Assembly (NCBI GenBank): GCA_009392915.1
Contig: CP045477.1
Coordinates: 224,001 to 288,000, forward strand
Length of the DNA: 64,000 nucleotides
Direction: 5' to 3'
Source: Candidatus Forterrea multitransposorum CG_2015-17_Forterrea_25_41
GTDB lineage: Archaea; Iainarchaeota; Iainarchaeia; Iainarchaeales; CSSED10-239
Shown here: positions 19,298-29,200 of the stretch, one piece after another
How the letters are laid out: each line of letters opens with the position of its first letter
How positions within the stretch are numbered: the stretch's first letter is position 1
Translations under genes and position numbers: made by a program
The notes under the pieces: model-generated
Told to the model about the DNA's origin: nothing
The model's input: the letters and a program-made list of their open reading frames with translations, nothing else
Database searches by the model: none

Positions 19298-22200
19298 ATG
19301 GGTCTTAGATCTTTTTACTTTAAACAAGAAGAAAAATATTTTAATTTTCTAGACAGGATGGAGAAAAAAGGAATTAATCTATACAAAATAATAGATCCTT
19401 TAGAAAAGAATGGTATACCTACTTTTTTAGTATTTAATATATTTATTCTACTTTTAATTTTATTTTTAGTTTATTTATTTGTTGGACAAACTCCATTAAC
19501 TGATGAAAACTACACTTTAACTTTTGTAAATTCTCAAGACCAGCCAATCTCAAATCAAGCAATTGAAATTCTTCTTAATAACAATAGAAAGATTTTAACA
19601 ACTAATGAATTTGGAATTTCAGAAATTACTGATGTTGAAATTAAATCTTATGATTTAGAAATAAGTAGTGAAAAGTATACTCTTGAAAATCCATTAACTT
19701 TAGATTTTAAAGAAAACACTTCTCATAAAATATTTTTAAAATCAAAAACTTCTGTTTTATCAAAAACTATATATTTTAAAACAAATAATGAATTATATAA
19801 TTCTCCATTAACAATTTCAAATATTTCTTGTTCAAATAATTCTCTTTATACAAAAAATAATCTTCAAACAAATGATGGTTCTTTAACTTTAGATGATATT
19901 CCTACAGATTGTGGATATTTAGAAGTTGCTATTGAATCTTCAACAATTAATGCTGTTGGTTCTTTAGAAGTTTCAGAAGACTCTCCTTCTGGAGATATTG
20001 ATTTAAGTTTTGAAGGTGTTGAAACTGGAAGTGCAAAAATAATTATTCTTGATAAAGATTTAAAAGTGCCTATTCAAAACATAAGTATTTCTATTCTTAA
20101 TAATCAAAGTCAAATTGTAACTTCTTCAATAACAAATGCAAATGGTATAGCATCTTTTGAAGAAATAAATGTTGGAACATATAATCTTTTAATCTATGAT
20201 GAAGAAGAAAGATACAAGCCAGTAACTGAAAATGAAAGTTTAGAACTTGTAGTATATGATTCTGTTTTAGAAGAAAAAGAAGTTCTTTTAGAAAAAGCAT
20301 TCATTGGTAAATTAAATTATAAAATTATTGATACTCAAAGTAAAGAAGCTATTGAAAATGTAGCTGTAACAATATACAAAGGAAATGATATTTTAAAAAC
20401 AATTAATTCAAATAAAGAAGGCGATGTTTCTTTTGGTGTTGAAGAAAATATTTCTTATAAAGTTTTATTTAATCATCCTAATTATATAATAAGAACTGAA
20501 AATAATCAAAGAATAAGTGAATCTATTAAACAAATTGCCTTAACTCCAATAACAAATGAAAATTTAAGAAGTTTAGTTATTACTGTTGTTGATGATTTTG
20601 CAAAACCTGTTGATTTTGCAACCATAAGATTATGGGATGATACTGAAGATATTATTCTTAGAACAATAACAGCTGATATTTATGGTAAAGCTGTTTTTAC
20701 AAATTTAGATTTAGGTAAAGAATATAGACTTGATGCAACTAAAGATCAATTTACTTCAAATCCTACAAATCCTTTTAGAATCTCAGAACAAGAAATAACT
20801 GAAGAAACTATAAAGATGAGTATAGGTGAAGGAACTTTTAATATTAATTTAGTTTCTGAGTATGGAGAGTTCTATCAAGGAAATGTATATGTTTATGATG
20901 CAACAAATGATACTTTAATGCAAGATAAAACCACAACAACAAACCAAGATGGTTTTACAATAATAAAGATTAGAGCTGATAAACAAATTTATTTTGTTAT
21001 TGATAATTTAGATTCTAAATTTATAACTCCAAAGTATTCAACAAATGCAAATGAAATAAATACTTTAAATTTTACAATTCCAGGAACTGTTGGGCAAACA
21101 TCTGGTATTGAATTTTTAGGTTTTTATAATGCTGAAGGAGAAAAAATAAATTCAGTGGCTGCAGGTATGCAAGTTACTGCTAAATATTTATTAAATGTTA
21201 CAAAAGAATATTCTAAAGCAGTTGCACATATAAGAACTGGAGAAGTTCCAAGTCCTTTATGTTCTTCAAACACATATAATGTTTTAGAAGATTTAATTTT
21301 TATAAAAGATGTACGTTATGCAAAATCTGATAAGATCGGTTCATTAACTTTTACTCCATGTAATGGAGAAGGTATTGATTTTTCAAATAAAACTTTAAGA
21401 AATGCAAAATGGTTTAATTTAACTTTAAATAATCCAATGCAAGGAAGTTATTTAATTGAAGCAGATGTTGTTGTTTTAGATACAGCTTTTGCAAATCAAG
21501 CTTTAAACTATAGAGCAGAGTTTTATCAAGGTTCAAGTATTATAAGATCACCTGTTGATTCTTCTTATAGTTCTTCAACAAGTAAACAAAATTTATATGC
21601 TCAAGCAAAACAAGTTCAATTATTTTTAGGAACTCAAAATCAATGTACTTCACTTATGTGTTATGCATTTATTATGACAAATACACAAAATAATTTATCT
21701 AGAAATATAATTGATAGTTATAAAGCTAAATTAAATAATGATTATAGACTTTCATTTAGTTTAAATGTTTTAGATGGAAAAATTGCACCAAACTCAATGC
21801 TTGTAATCTCTTCAGGTAGTTCTGTTGATTTAGATGGTTATTCTATTACTTCAGGAACTGGTTCTCTTTTAGTTGGAGAGGATTATGATGGAATTGATTT
21901 AGGTTCTTTAGTTTCAAATGATTTAATAACTGGAGAGCTTGCTTTTAAAGTAATAGATGATGTTTCTGATGTTTTAGACTTTTCAATAGTTTCTAATGGA
22001 GAAGTTGTATTCTCTAAAAAAATATATCTTGAAATTGATCCTGCAAAAGAAATGTTTGTAGAGTTTGTTCCAAGAAAAATTGTTCCTTTTGTTTCAAATG
22101 ATTTACTTGTTGTTGTAACTGATGATTCTAATAATTTTATTTCAAATGCAATTGTTGAACTTTCAATTAATGATAGAAGTTTAACTGTAGGTTCAACTAA

Positions 22201-25200
22201 TCAAGAAGGATTATTTGGTCATGTAATTCCAGCAACTGATCTTGGAGATGTTTTAAAGATTGTTGTAAAGAAAGATGATTATAAAACAGTTAAAACAGAA
22301 ATTGTAATTGATGATAAATTAATCACAACAATTCCTGAAAAAATTGATTTAACAATTGATTCTTCAAAATCAATAAGAGAAGTTTATAATTTTAGTTTAT
22401 ATAATGAATCTTATGTTCCTTTAACAATTGTTTCTGCATCAGCATTTACTGATAATGAATTTGTTGATCTTGATTTAGGTATTGAAGAAAATATCATAAA
22501 TGGTGTTTCTCAAAATGATATTTCTCTAACAGCAACATTAACAGATAAAGGTATTAATCTTTATAATCAACAAACAATTAATACAGAAGTTGCAATTAAA
22601 ATTAAAAGTGAAGAAATGAATAAAACTTGGGTTATTACAGTTCCATTAACTGTTAGAATAGTTTTAGGAAATTCTCTTGATTCTCTTGAATGTTTAAAAG
22701 TTCTACCTCTTGAAGGAACAATTAGAGCTAAATCTCAAGAAACAAAAACTTTAGATTTTACTTTAGAAAACACTTGTACTTCAAAGAATGTTTCTGTTGA
22801 TTTAGGAACTATTAATGCAATGGTTGATTGGGGTAATGAATCTGAAACTGGACTTTTATCAATTGTTGTTTCTGGTAAAGAATATATTTTAGAAAACTTA
22901 ACTGAAACTGAAATATTATCAACTCTTTTAAAGAAATCAAAAACAACTTTACAATTAAAGTTTAAAGCGCATAAAATAGTTTCAGATGTTAAAATACCAA
23001 TTATTTATTTTACTTCAAAGAAAGGAAATATTAATGGTGTTGATGAAGTTAAAACAAGACTTCCCTTAAAAACAATTATTAATGATTATTCAGAATGTAT
23101 TGAGATCCCAAGAGAGACAATTCCTGCTCTTGCATGTAATTGGTATTCTGGACTTAATAACTATGGTAATTATTATGGTGGAGTAAACCAAGGAGGAGCT
23201 TTCAATAATCCTTATTATGGTGGAAATAATTTTAATGCAACATATAATCCTAATAACCAATTTAATTCTAGAAATTACTATCAACAAGGTTCTGGTTATG
23301 TTACACAACAACAAGGTGTTTTTAATCCAAATTATAATTTAGTGGGACAAACAAATTATACAGGAAATCAAAATTCTGTGTTTAACCCTTATAATTTCCC
23401 TTCCTCACAATATCAAAATACTTTTGGAAATTATGATAGTTATAATTTTACATCAGGTTATCCTCAAGGTAACTATGGAAACATGGGTTTTACAAATAAC
23501 ATGAATTGTCCAACAAGACCATTTTATATTAAAAATAATTGTTCTGAAGCTGTTGATATTAAACTTGATTCAATATATGGTTTAACAATTGCAACAGATA
23601 AAGAATTTACAATAGAACCTGGAGATACAGAAGAGATTAGTGTTTTAGGTGGAGAGTCTATGGGTACTTTTAAAATACCTGTAAATGCAAAAGCATCTCT
23701 TGCATCTAATGAAAATTATTCAACAATTGGAGATGTTTTATTTTCTTTAACATTACCAATTAGTTTTATGTCTTCAAATTGTATACAAGTAACTCCTCAA
23801 AAATTAGATTTTTCAAATATTATTGATCCTAACTATCAACTTGTAAAAGTAATTAATACTTGCTTTGCACAAGGATACAGAATAGTTGAAGTTAATTATC
23901 TTGATTTAATTTCACTTGACTTTGATGGTGTATCTTTCTTAAATGTAGGAGATATGCAAGGAAGAATTCAACCAATTAAAGTTGATACTTTAACAAATAC
24001 AACTACAAATGAACCAATGGAAGTTTGGGAAATTGCATTAAGAAGAAATCCTGAAATTGAAAATACTAAGTCTGTAAAAGAGTATATGAATAAATATTCT
24101 GATTATTCTTTAGCTGCTGGTGTTATTTCTTCATTTAGAAAAATATTAATTGATGTTGAAGACGCAGTTAACTTAAAGTTTTCTTTACAAGTTGGACTTC
24201 AACCACCAACAGGACAAGCTTCACTTATCTATAATAATATAGGTATGGAACTTAAGGATAATTTCCAATGGTTAATTTTAGATAATCCTGATAATATAGG
24301 TCTTTTAAAAGATTTATTTGGTGATGAAGCTATTAGTGATGAAGAAATTTCATTTATTGATACTTCTGTAAAATTAACATATACCCTTGATCCTAATAAC
24401 AATGCAGTTATTATTAATGTTCCTGAAGGAGAACTTGCTGCAGATAAATTCACACAAATTGATCAAGACCCTACAAGTAAAAGATGTTTCTATGGATATG
24501 TTAAAGATTTCCCTATAACTGGTATTGTAGATACTTCATATATACAAAACTCTGGTAAATATTATTTAAATAATAAATATGATCCATTAGATGTAAGTCT
24601 TGAATTTATTACTAGAAATAAAAATATCTTTAAATTATGTTTTGAAAGACCAGTTGAATCATTTGATAATATTTTAGCTACAAATGATAATTACAATATC
24701 TTAGATTTATTTAAAACAAGTAAAGATTCTCTTACAAACCAAAACTTTGAGATTTGGAGAATTTTAGATACTACAAATAAAGGTAAATACCAAGGTAGTA
24801 CTTTAATTGGTGTAAAAGCTGATGTTTCAACAAAAGAAGTTGGCTCTAAAGAAGAGGGTGACTCTGGAAAAACTGATCCTTCTCAAACAACAGATGATTC
24901 TTTAGTTTGTCTTGCTCCTGACCTTTCAACAAATCTTGGACATACAGGTTCTAATGTTTATTCTCAATATGGATTTGATAAAATATTACTTGATTACTTA
25001 CCAGAAGATATTACAGATTCTTCTTGTGAAGATTATTTCTGTGATCAAGAACAATTCTATAATTTCTTAACAAAGAAAGCAGATAAATTAAAAGAAGTTA
25101 CTTCAAATAGTAATTATATAAATATTAATGGTATTTATTTTGAAAAAGAAAATAATACTATTAAAGAATCAAAAGTAAAAGTAGATCTTTGTGCAAACGG

Positions 25201-26269
25201 CGTTTGTGATGGCTTTGATGTTTCTGGTAAAGAAACTTTAAATGATTATATAAATCAAGCAAATAAAGTTTTAAATGCTGTTCCAGCAGACTTAAAGAAA
25301 ATAACAATCATTAAGACTAAAGGTTTAACTACTAATGGAAATAAAATTGTAACAATTGGTGATTATCAATATACAACTGTTGATTATTTCTTAGAAAATT
25401 ATGATTCTTTTGAGAACAAAGCAATAGTTTATGCAAACATGGATGTATACTTTGGATCTTCTCCTCAAGTATTCAGTTCTAACCTTAAGAAATTTTCTGG
25501 TAGTTCTGAAGATTTAAATAAAAAAATCTTAGCAAACTTTAATAATACTTTAACAAGTAACTATACAATTGAGTATGCTGAGGCTGTAAATATTTCAAAA
25601 CCAGGAACTTATACAACAGTTATTTCTCTTGAAAATATAGATTCTCAAAATAAAAGAAAAATAAATTTAACAATAGGTTCTAAAGTTTCTGAGATTAGTG
25701 AAGAATATAGTAAAAATATTTTATTTACATATCCAATTAATCCTGAATATACAATGAAAGAAAAGAGTGATAAATATAATGCTCCTTTCATTAAGAATAA
25801 AAATTATACTTTAATTGATTATCCTTCAGAAATTATACAAGATGGATATATCTTTAAGTTTGAGGATATGGCAAATTATGATTTTATTGATTCAAGACCA
25901 TTTTATTTCAATAAACCATATAGTTTTAAGATTATTGAAACTAATGAAAATAATACAGAGCTTGATTTAATAGAAAATAAAGCAAGTTTATTCTTACTTA
26001 AAGATAGAACAAATAAAAAGATTAGTTTGTATTCAAAACCACAAATTACAAGTCAAGATACAAAGAATAACACTGTCTTTTTAAAAACAACTACTAATAA
26101 TAATTATATGATATATAATTTACAAATGAATAATGTTTTACCAAAATTAACATATTCATCAATGAAAGATGTATTTAATGAAATTAAAAACGAGAATGTA
26201 TGTTTCAATATAACTGAAGGAACAACTCCTGAACTTATGTTGTGGCATAATCCTGAAAAATTTAAATGA
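19298..26269 (+). CDS. Giant (2323 aa) signal-anchored surface protein, paralog of 9363..17378, with an N/Q/Y/G-rich low-complexity insert
   Basis: The N-terminus FYFKQEEKYFNFLDRMEKKGINLYKIIDPLEKNGIPTFLVFNIFILLLILFLVYLF is followed by CarboxypepD_reg-like repeats (e.g. KIIILDKDLKVPIQNISISILNNQSQIVTSSITNANGIASFEEINVGTYNL). It has the shared FLGFYNAEGE module and the shared Cys-motif C..YFCDQEQFYNFL. Confidence 0.8.
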   Translation: MGLRSFYFKQEEKYFNFLDRMEKKGINLYKIIDPLEKNGIPTFLVFNIFILLLILFLVYLFVGQTPLTDENYTLTFVNSQDQPISNQAIEILLNNNRKILTTNEFGISEITDVEIKSYDLEISSEKYTLENPLTLDFKENTSHKIFLKSKTSVLSKTIYFKTNNELYNSPLTISNISCSNNSLYTKNNLQTNDGSLTLDDIPTDCGYLEVAIESSTINAVGSLEVSEDSPSGDIDLSFEGVETGSAKIIILDKDLKVPIQNISISILNNQSQIVTSSITNANGIASFEEINVGTYNLLIYDEEERYKPVTENESLELVVYDSVLEEKEVLLEKAFIGKLNYKIIDTQSKEAIENVAVTIYKGNDILKTINSNKEGDVSFGVEENISYKVLFNHPNYIIRTENNQRISESIKQIALTPITNENLRSLVITVVDDFAKPVDFATIRLWDDTEDIILRTITADIYGKAVFTNLDLGKEYRLDATKDQFTSNPTNPFRISEQEITEETIKMSIGEGTFNINLVSEYGEFYQGNVYVYDATNDTLMQDKTTTTNQDGFTIIKIRADKQIYFVIDNLDSKFITPKYSTNANEINTLNFTIPGTVGQTSGIEFLGFYNAEGEKINSVAAGMQVTAKYLLNVTKEYSKAVAHIRTGEVPSPLCSSNTYNVLEDLIFIKDVRYAKSDKIGSLTFTPCNGEGIDFSNKTLRNAKWFNLTLNNPMQGSYLIEADVVVLDTAFANQALNYRAEFYQGSSIIRSPVDSSYSSSTSKQNLYAQAKQVQLFLGTQNQCTSLMCYAFIMTNTQNNLSRNIIDSYKAKLNNDYRLSFSLNVLDGKIAPNSMLVISSGSSVDLDGYSITSGTGSLLVGEDYDGIDLGSLVSNDLITGELAFKVIDDVSDVLDFSIVSNGEVVFSKKIYLEIDPAKEMFVEFVPRKIVPFVSNDLLVVVTDDSNNFISNAIVELSINDRSLTVGSTNQEGLFGHVIPATDLGDVLKIVVKKDDYKTVKTEIVIDDKLITTIPEKIDLTIDSSKSIREVYNFSLYNESYVPLTIVSASAFTDNEFVDLDLGIEENIINGVSQNDISLTATLTDKGINLYNQQTINTEVAIKIKSEEMNKTWVITVPLTVRIVLGNSLDSLECLKVLPLEGTIRAKSQETKTLDFTLENTCTSKNVSVDLGTINAMVDWGNESETGLLSIVVSGKEYILENLTETEILSTLLKKSKTTLQLKFKAHKIVSDVKIPIIYFTSKKGNINGVDEVKTRLPLKTIINDYSECIEIPRETIPALACNWYSGLNNYGNYYGGVNQGGAFNNPYYGGNNFNATYNPNNQFNSRNYYQQGSGYVTQQQGVFNPNYNLVGQTNYTGNQNSVFNPYNFPSSQYQNTFGNYDSYNFTSGYPQGNYGNMGFTNNMNCPTRPFYIKNNCSEAVDIKLDSIYGLTIATDKEFTIEPGDTEEISVLGGESMGTFKIPVNAKASLASNENYSTIGDVLFSLTLPISFMSSNCIQVTPQKLDFSNIIDPNYQLVKVINTCFAQGYRIVEVNYLDLISLDFDGVSFLNVGDMQGRIQPIKVDTLTNTTTNEPMEVWEIALRRNPEIENTKSVKEYMNKYSDYSLAAGVISSFRKILIDVEDAVNLKFSLQVGLQPPTGQASLIYNNIGMELKDNFQWLILDNPDNIGLLKDLFGDEAISDEEISFIDTSVKLTYTLDPNNNAVIINVPEGELAADKFTQIDQDPTSKRCFYGYVKDFPITGIVDTSYIQNSGKYYLNNKYDPLDVSLEFITRNKNIFKLCFERPVESFDNILATNDNYNILDLFKTSKDSLTNQNFEIWRILDTTNKGKYQGSTLIGVKADVSTKEVGSKEEGDSGKTDPSQTTDDSLVCLAPDLSTNLGHTGSNVYSQYGFDKILLDYLPEDITDSSCEDYFCDQEQFYNFLTKKADKLKEVTSNSNYININGIYFEKENNTIKESKVKVDLCANGVCDGFDVSGKETLNDYINQANKVLNAVPADLKKITIIKTKGLTTNGNKIVTIGDYQYTTVDYFLENYDSFENKAIVYANMDVYFGSSPQVFSSNLKKFSGSSEDLNKKILANFNNTLTSNYTIEYAEAVNISKPGTYTTVISLENIDSQNKRKINLTIGSKVSEISEEYSKNILFTYPINPEYTMKEKSDKYNAPFIKNKNYTLIDYPSEIIQDGYIFKFEDMANYDFIDSRPFYFNKPYSFKIIETNENNTELDLIENKASLFLLKDRTNKKISLYSKPQITSQDTKNNTVFLKTTTNNNYMIYNLQMNNVLPKLTYSSMKDVFNEIKNENVCFNITEGTTPELMLWHNPEKFK

Positions 26270-26296
26270 TTTTTATAAACTAAGAGGTTATGAAAT

Positions 26297-29200
26297 ATGG
26301 GACTTAAAAAGTTATACTATAATTTAGAAGATAAATATTACAGTTTTGTTGAAAGAACAGGACTTTATAAGGTTACTGATAAAATAGATAAGGTTATGCC
26401 TTCTTTTATTTTATTTATTCTTTTAATTGTAATATTAATATCTGGACTTGTCTTTTTACTACTTCCTTCTTCTCAAGTAAAAGACGGTGTTGATATTCAG
26501 TTTGAAGTGATTGATGCTGAGTCTGGTGCTCTTCTAGAGGATGTAACTTTAATGCTTACAACAAGTAAAGATATTTCTTCTATAACAACTTCTTCTGAAG
26601 GACTTACAGATTATATTAAAATTCCTAAAAATACCTCTTATCAAATAGATATTGTTGAAGATTCTTATGAAAATTTCAATGATATTTTTTCAACAAAAGA
26701 GTCTTCTGAAACTATAACTATAGCTTTAGAACCTTCTGGTGTTGAACCATTAACTGTTTCATATTCTTTTGATGTTGTTGATTCTAAAACTACTTTAATT
26801 GTAAATTCTACTGGTGCAATTTCTTTTAAATGTATGAACGGATCTTTAGCACCTAATCCAGTTAGAGTTTTAAATGGTAATGTTTCAGTTGAGGCATCTC
26901 CTGAATGTAATCTTGCAATTGATTCAATTTCATTTAATGGTTATTTATCAAAAGATAATATTCCAATAAATGCAATGACTGGAACAATTTCTTTAGAACC
27001 AACAGAAATTAATTTCCAAGATGATACTTATAAAGTTGTAATAAATGTTAAAAATTCATCTAATGAAGCTTTATCAAATATTAAGGTAACTTTTACAAAT
27101 GATTATGGTATAATTGATTCTAAAACAACTTCAAGTAATGGAAATGTAACTTTTGAAGATTTAGATTCTGGAGAATATATTGTAAATTTTTCTGATCAAA
27201 GAGCAACTCCTATATACAGTACTCTTTCAAGAACATATTATATTTCATCTGATATTACAAAATCAGAAACTTTATCTTCTGATGTTTCTGGATATATTTT
27301 TGTAAGAATAATTGGTGAAAATTCAGGTGTTTTAGAAGGAGCTGAAGTAAATTTAAAAACTTCAGAAAATAATACTATTGAAACTAAATTATCTGATGTT
27401 GATGGTGAAGTAATTTTTACAGTTTCTGAAATTAAAGATTATAATGTAGTTGTTGATGCTGAAGGTTATTTAATAACTAGAAAACTTGTTGAAGCAAAAG
27501 AAGTAATGCCAACAAACCCTATTGTTATTCCTTTACCTTTAATAACACCTGCAACTTTAGCTTCTTTAAAGGTACAAGTTACAACTTGGGAAGGAAAGCC
27601 TTTTAAGTTTGCAAAAGTTGTTTTGTATGATGCAGAAACTGGTTTTTTAACAGACTATAAACCAGTTTTAACAAACTATGATGGAAATGCTACAATAAAT
27701 ATTACTTCTGGAAAATATATTGCAAAAGCTATTAAAGGAAGTGTTACTGGTGAGTCATCAGAGTTTGAGTTTAATGTTAAATATCCTGAACTTTCTGGTA
27801 CTGTAACTATTCCAATGGGAATTAGTGAAGGTGTATTGAATGTTTCAGTTGTTGATAATGATGGTAATCCTGTTCCATATGCCATAATAGATTTATATGA
27901 TAGATATAGTTACTATAATTTCACACCAGCAGTTCCTTTAAAAAAGACAACTACAGATTCACAAGGAAATATTGAAATGGTTGTGGATGCTGATATTGAA
28001 TATTATGTTGTTGCAACTGATTTAGATGATGTTTATGGAAAAACACAATCTAGATTTGTTTATGTTGGTGCAGATTCTCAAGAGTCTCTAGAAGTTACTC
28101 TTTATCCAAGAAATAGTTCTACAACAAAACCAAGAATGGTATTTAATGGAATATATAAAGATGACTTAAAAGTTGAAGATAACTTAAAGGCTGGAGAAGA
28201 TTACAAAATCAGATATAATCTTTTAGTTCCTCAAAATAGAACTGGAGATGATGTTTTTGAAGAAATTGGTTTAATGTTAAGAACTGGTTCAACTTCAATG
28301 ATTGAAAATGATTCTTTATTTATTAAATATCTAGATGTTCCATATTTAGATAGTATACAAAAATATACACAATTTAATCTTAATGCACCTCATGAAAATG
28401 AAGGTTATTATGATGAAGATAGTTTAACTGAAGGAAACTTTAAATGGGCAAAAGCAACATTAAAAGAAGGTCCTATTAATTATAATGGTTCTTTTGGTTT
28501 CTATAATGCTTATGAAATTGAAGCAATAATTTCTGTTAAAGACACAGCTGTCTTTGGAGAAGAACTTAAAATATTTAGTTTAGGTTATGGTCTTAATGAA
28601 GATGATGAATATGAAACATATAATTCATATTTAGGACCTAATGAAGAAATTGAATATTATGATGTTTATGATCAAATAACATTTGGTGTTGGAAATGAAC
28701 TTTTCTGTTCTGATGAGTTTTGTTTCTCTTCAACAATTGTTGATGTTTCAGAAGACTTAAGATATGATGTTACAAATAATTTTGCAGCTATGCCAAATAA
28801 AGATTATAAGTATAGTTTTACATTAATTAATAATTCTCTTGAAACTAAATATTTATCTTCTAGATTTATTTTAGAAAATATTGATGAAGGTTTAGATTTT
28901 AAAAATATAAAAATCTATAAACCAGATGGAGAAGTATACACCCAAACAAATACTAATGAAAATGAATTTGATATACCAATAACTTCTTTAGTTTCAAAAC
29001 AAAAAGTAACTGGAGAAATTATTTTTATGCCTAAACTTAAAGGTACAAGAGAGTTATCTATTAAATTTATTTCTGATCAAAAAATAAAATTCATTAATCA
29101 ATTATTCATAGATGTTCTTTCAGATAAAACATTTGAAGTAGAGATTGAACCTTCAATAATTCCTTCTGCAAAGAGTTTCTCACTTGTGATTAATGCTGTT

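Noticed and set aside
19298-26269. Possibility that the giants' N-terminal TM segments are class III (prepilin) signal peptides like that of the 559-aa protein
   Set aside because: The leaders are 40 to 170 aa long, far longer than class III n-regions. The residue preceding the hydrophobic stretch is not consistently Gly/Ala (KV-MPSF, KV-FPSF, KN-PLTSF). Only the 2671- and 2323-aa proteins have a G-(L/I)P context. I have kept this as an open question in the N-motif finding rather than a call.
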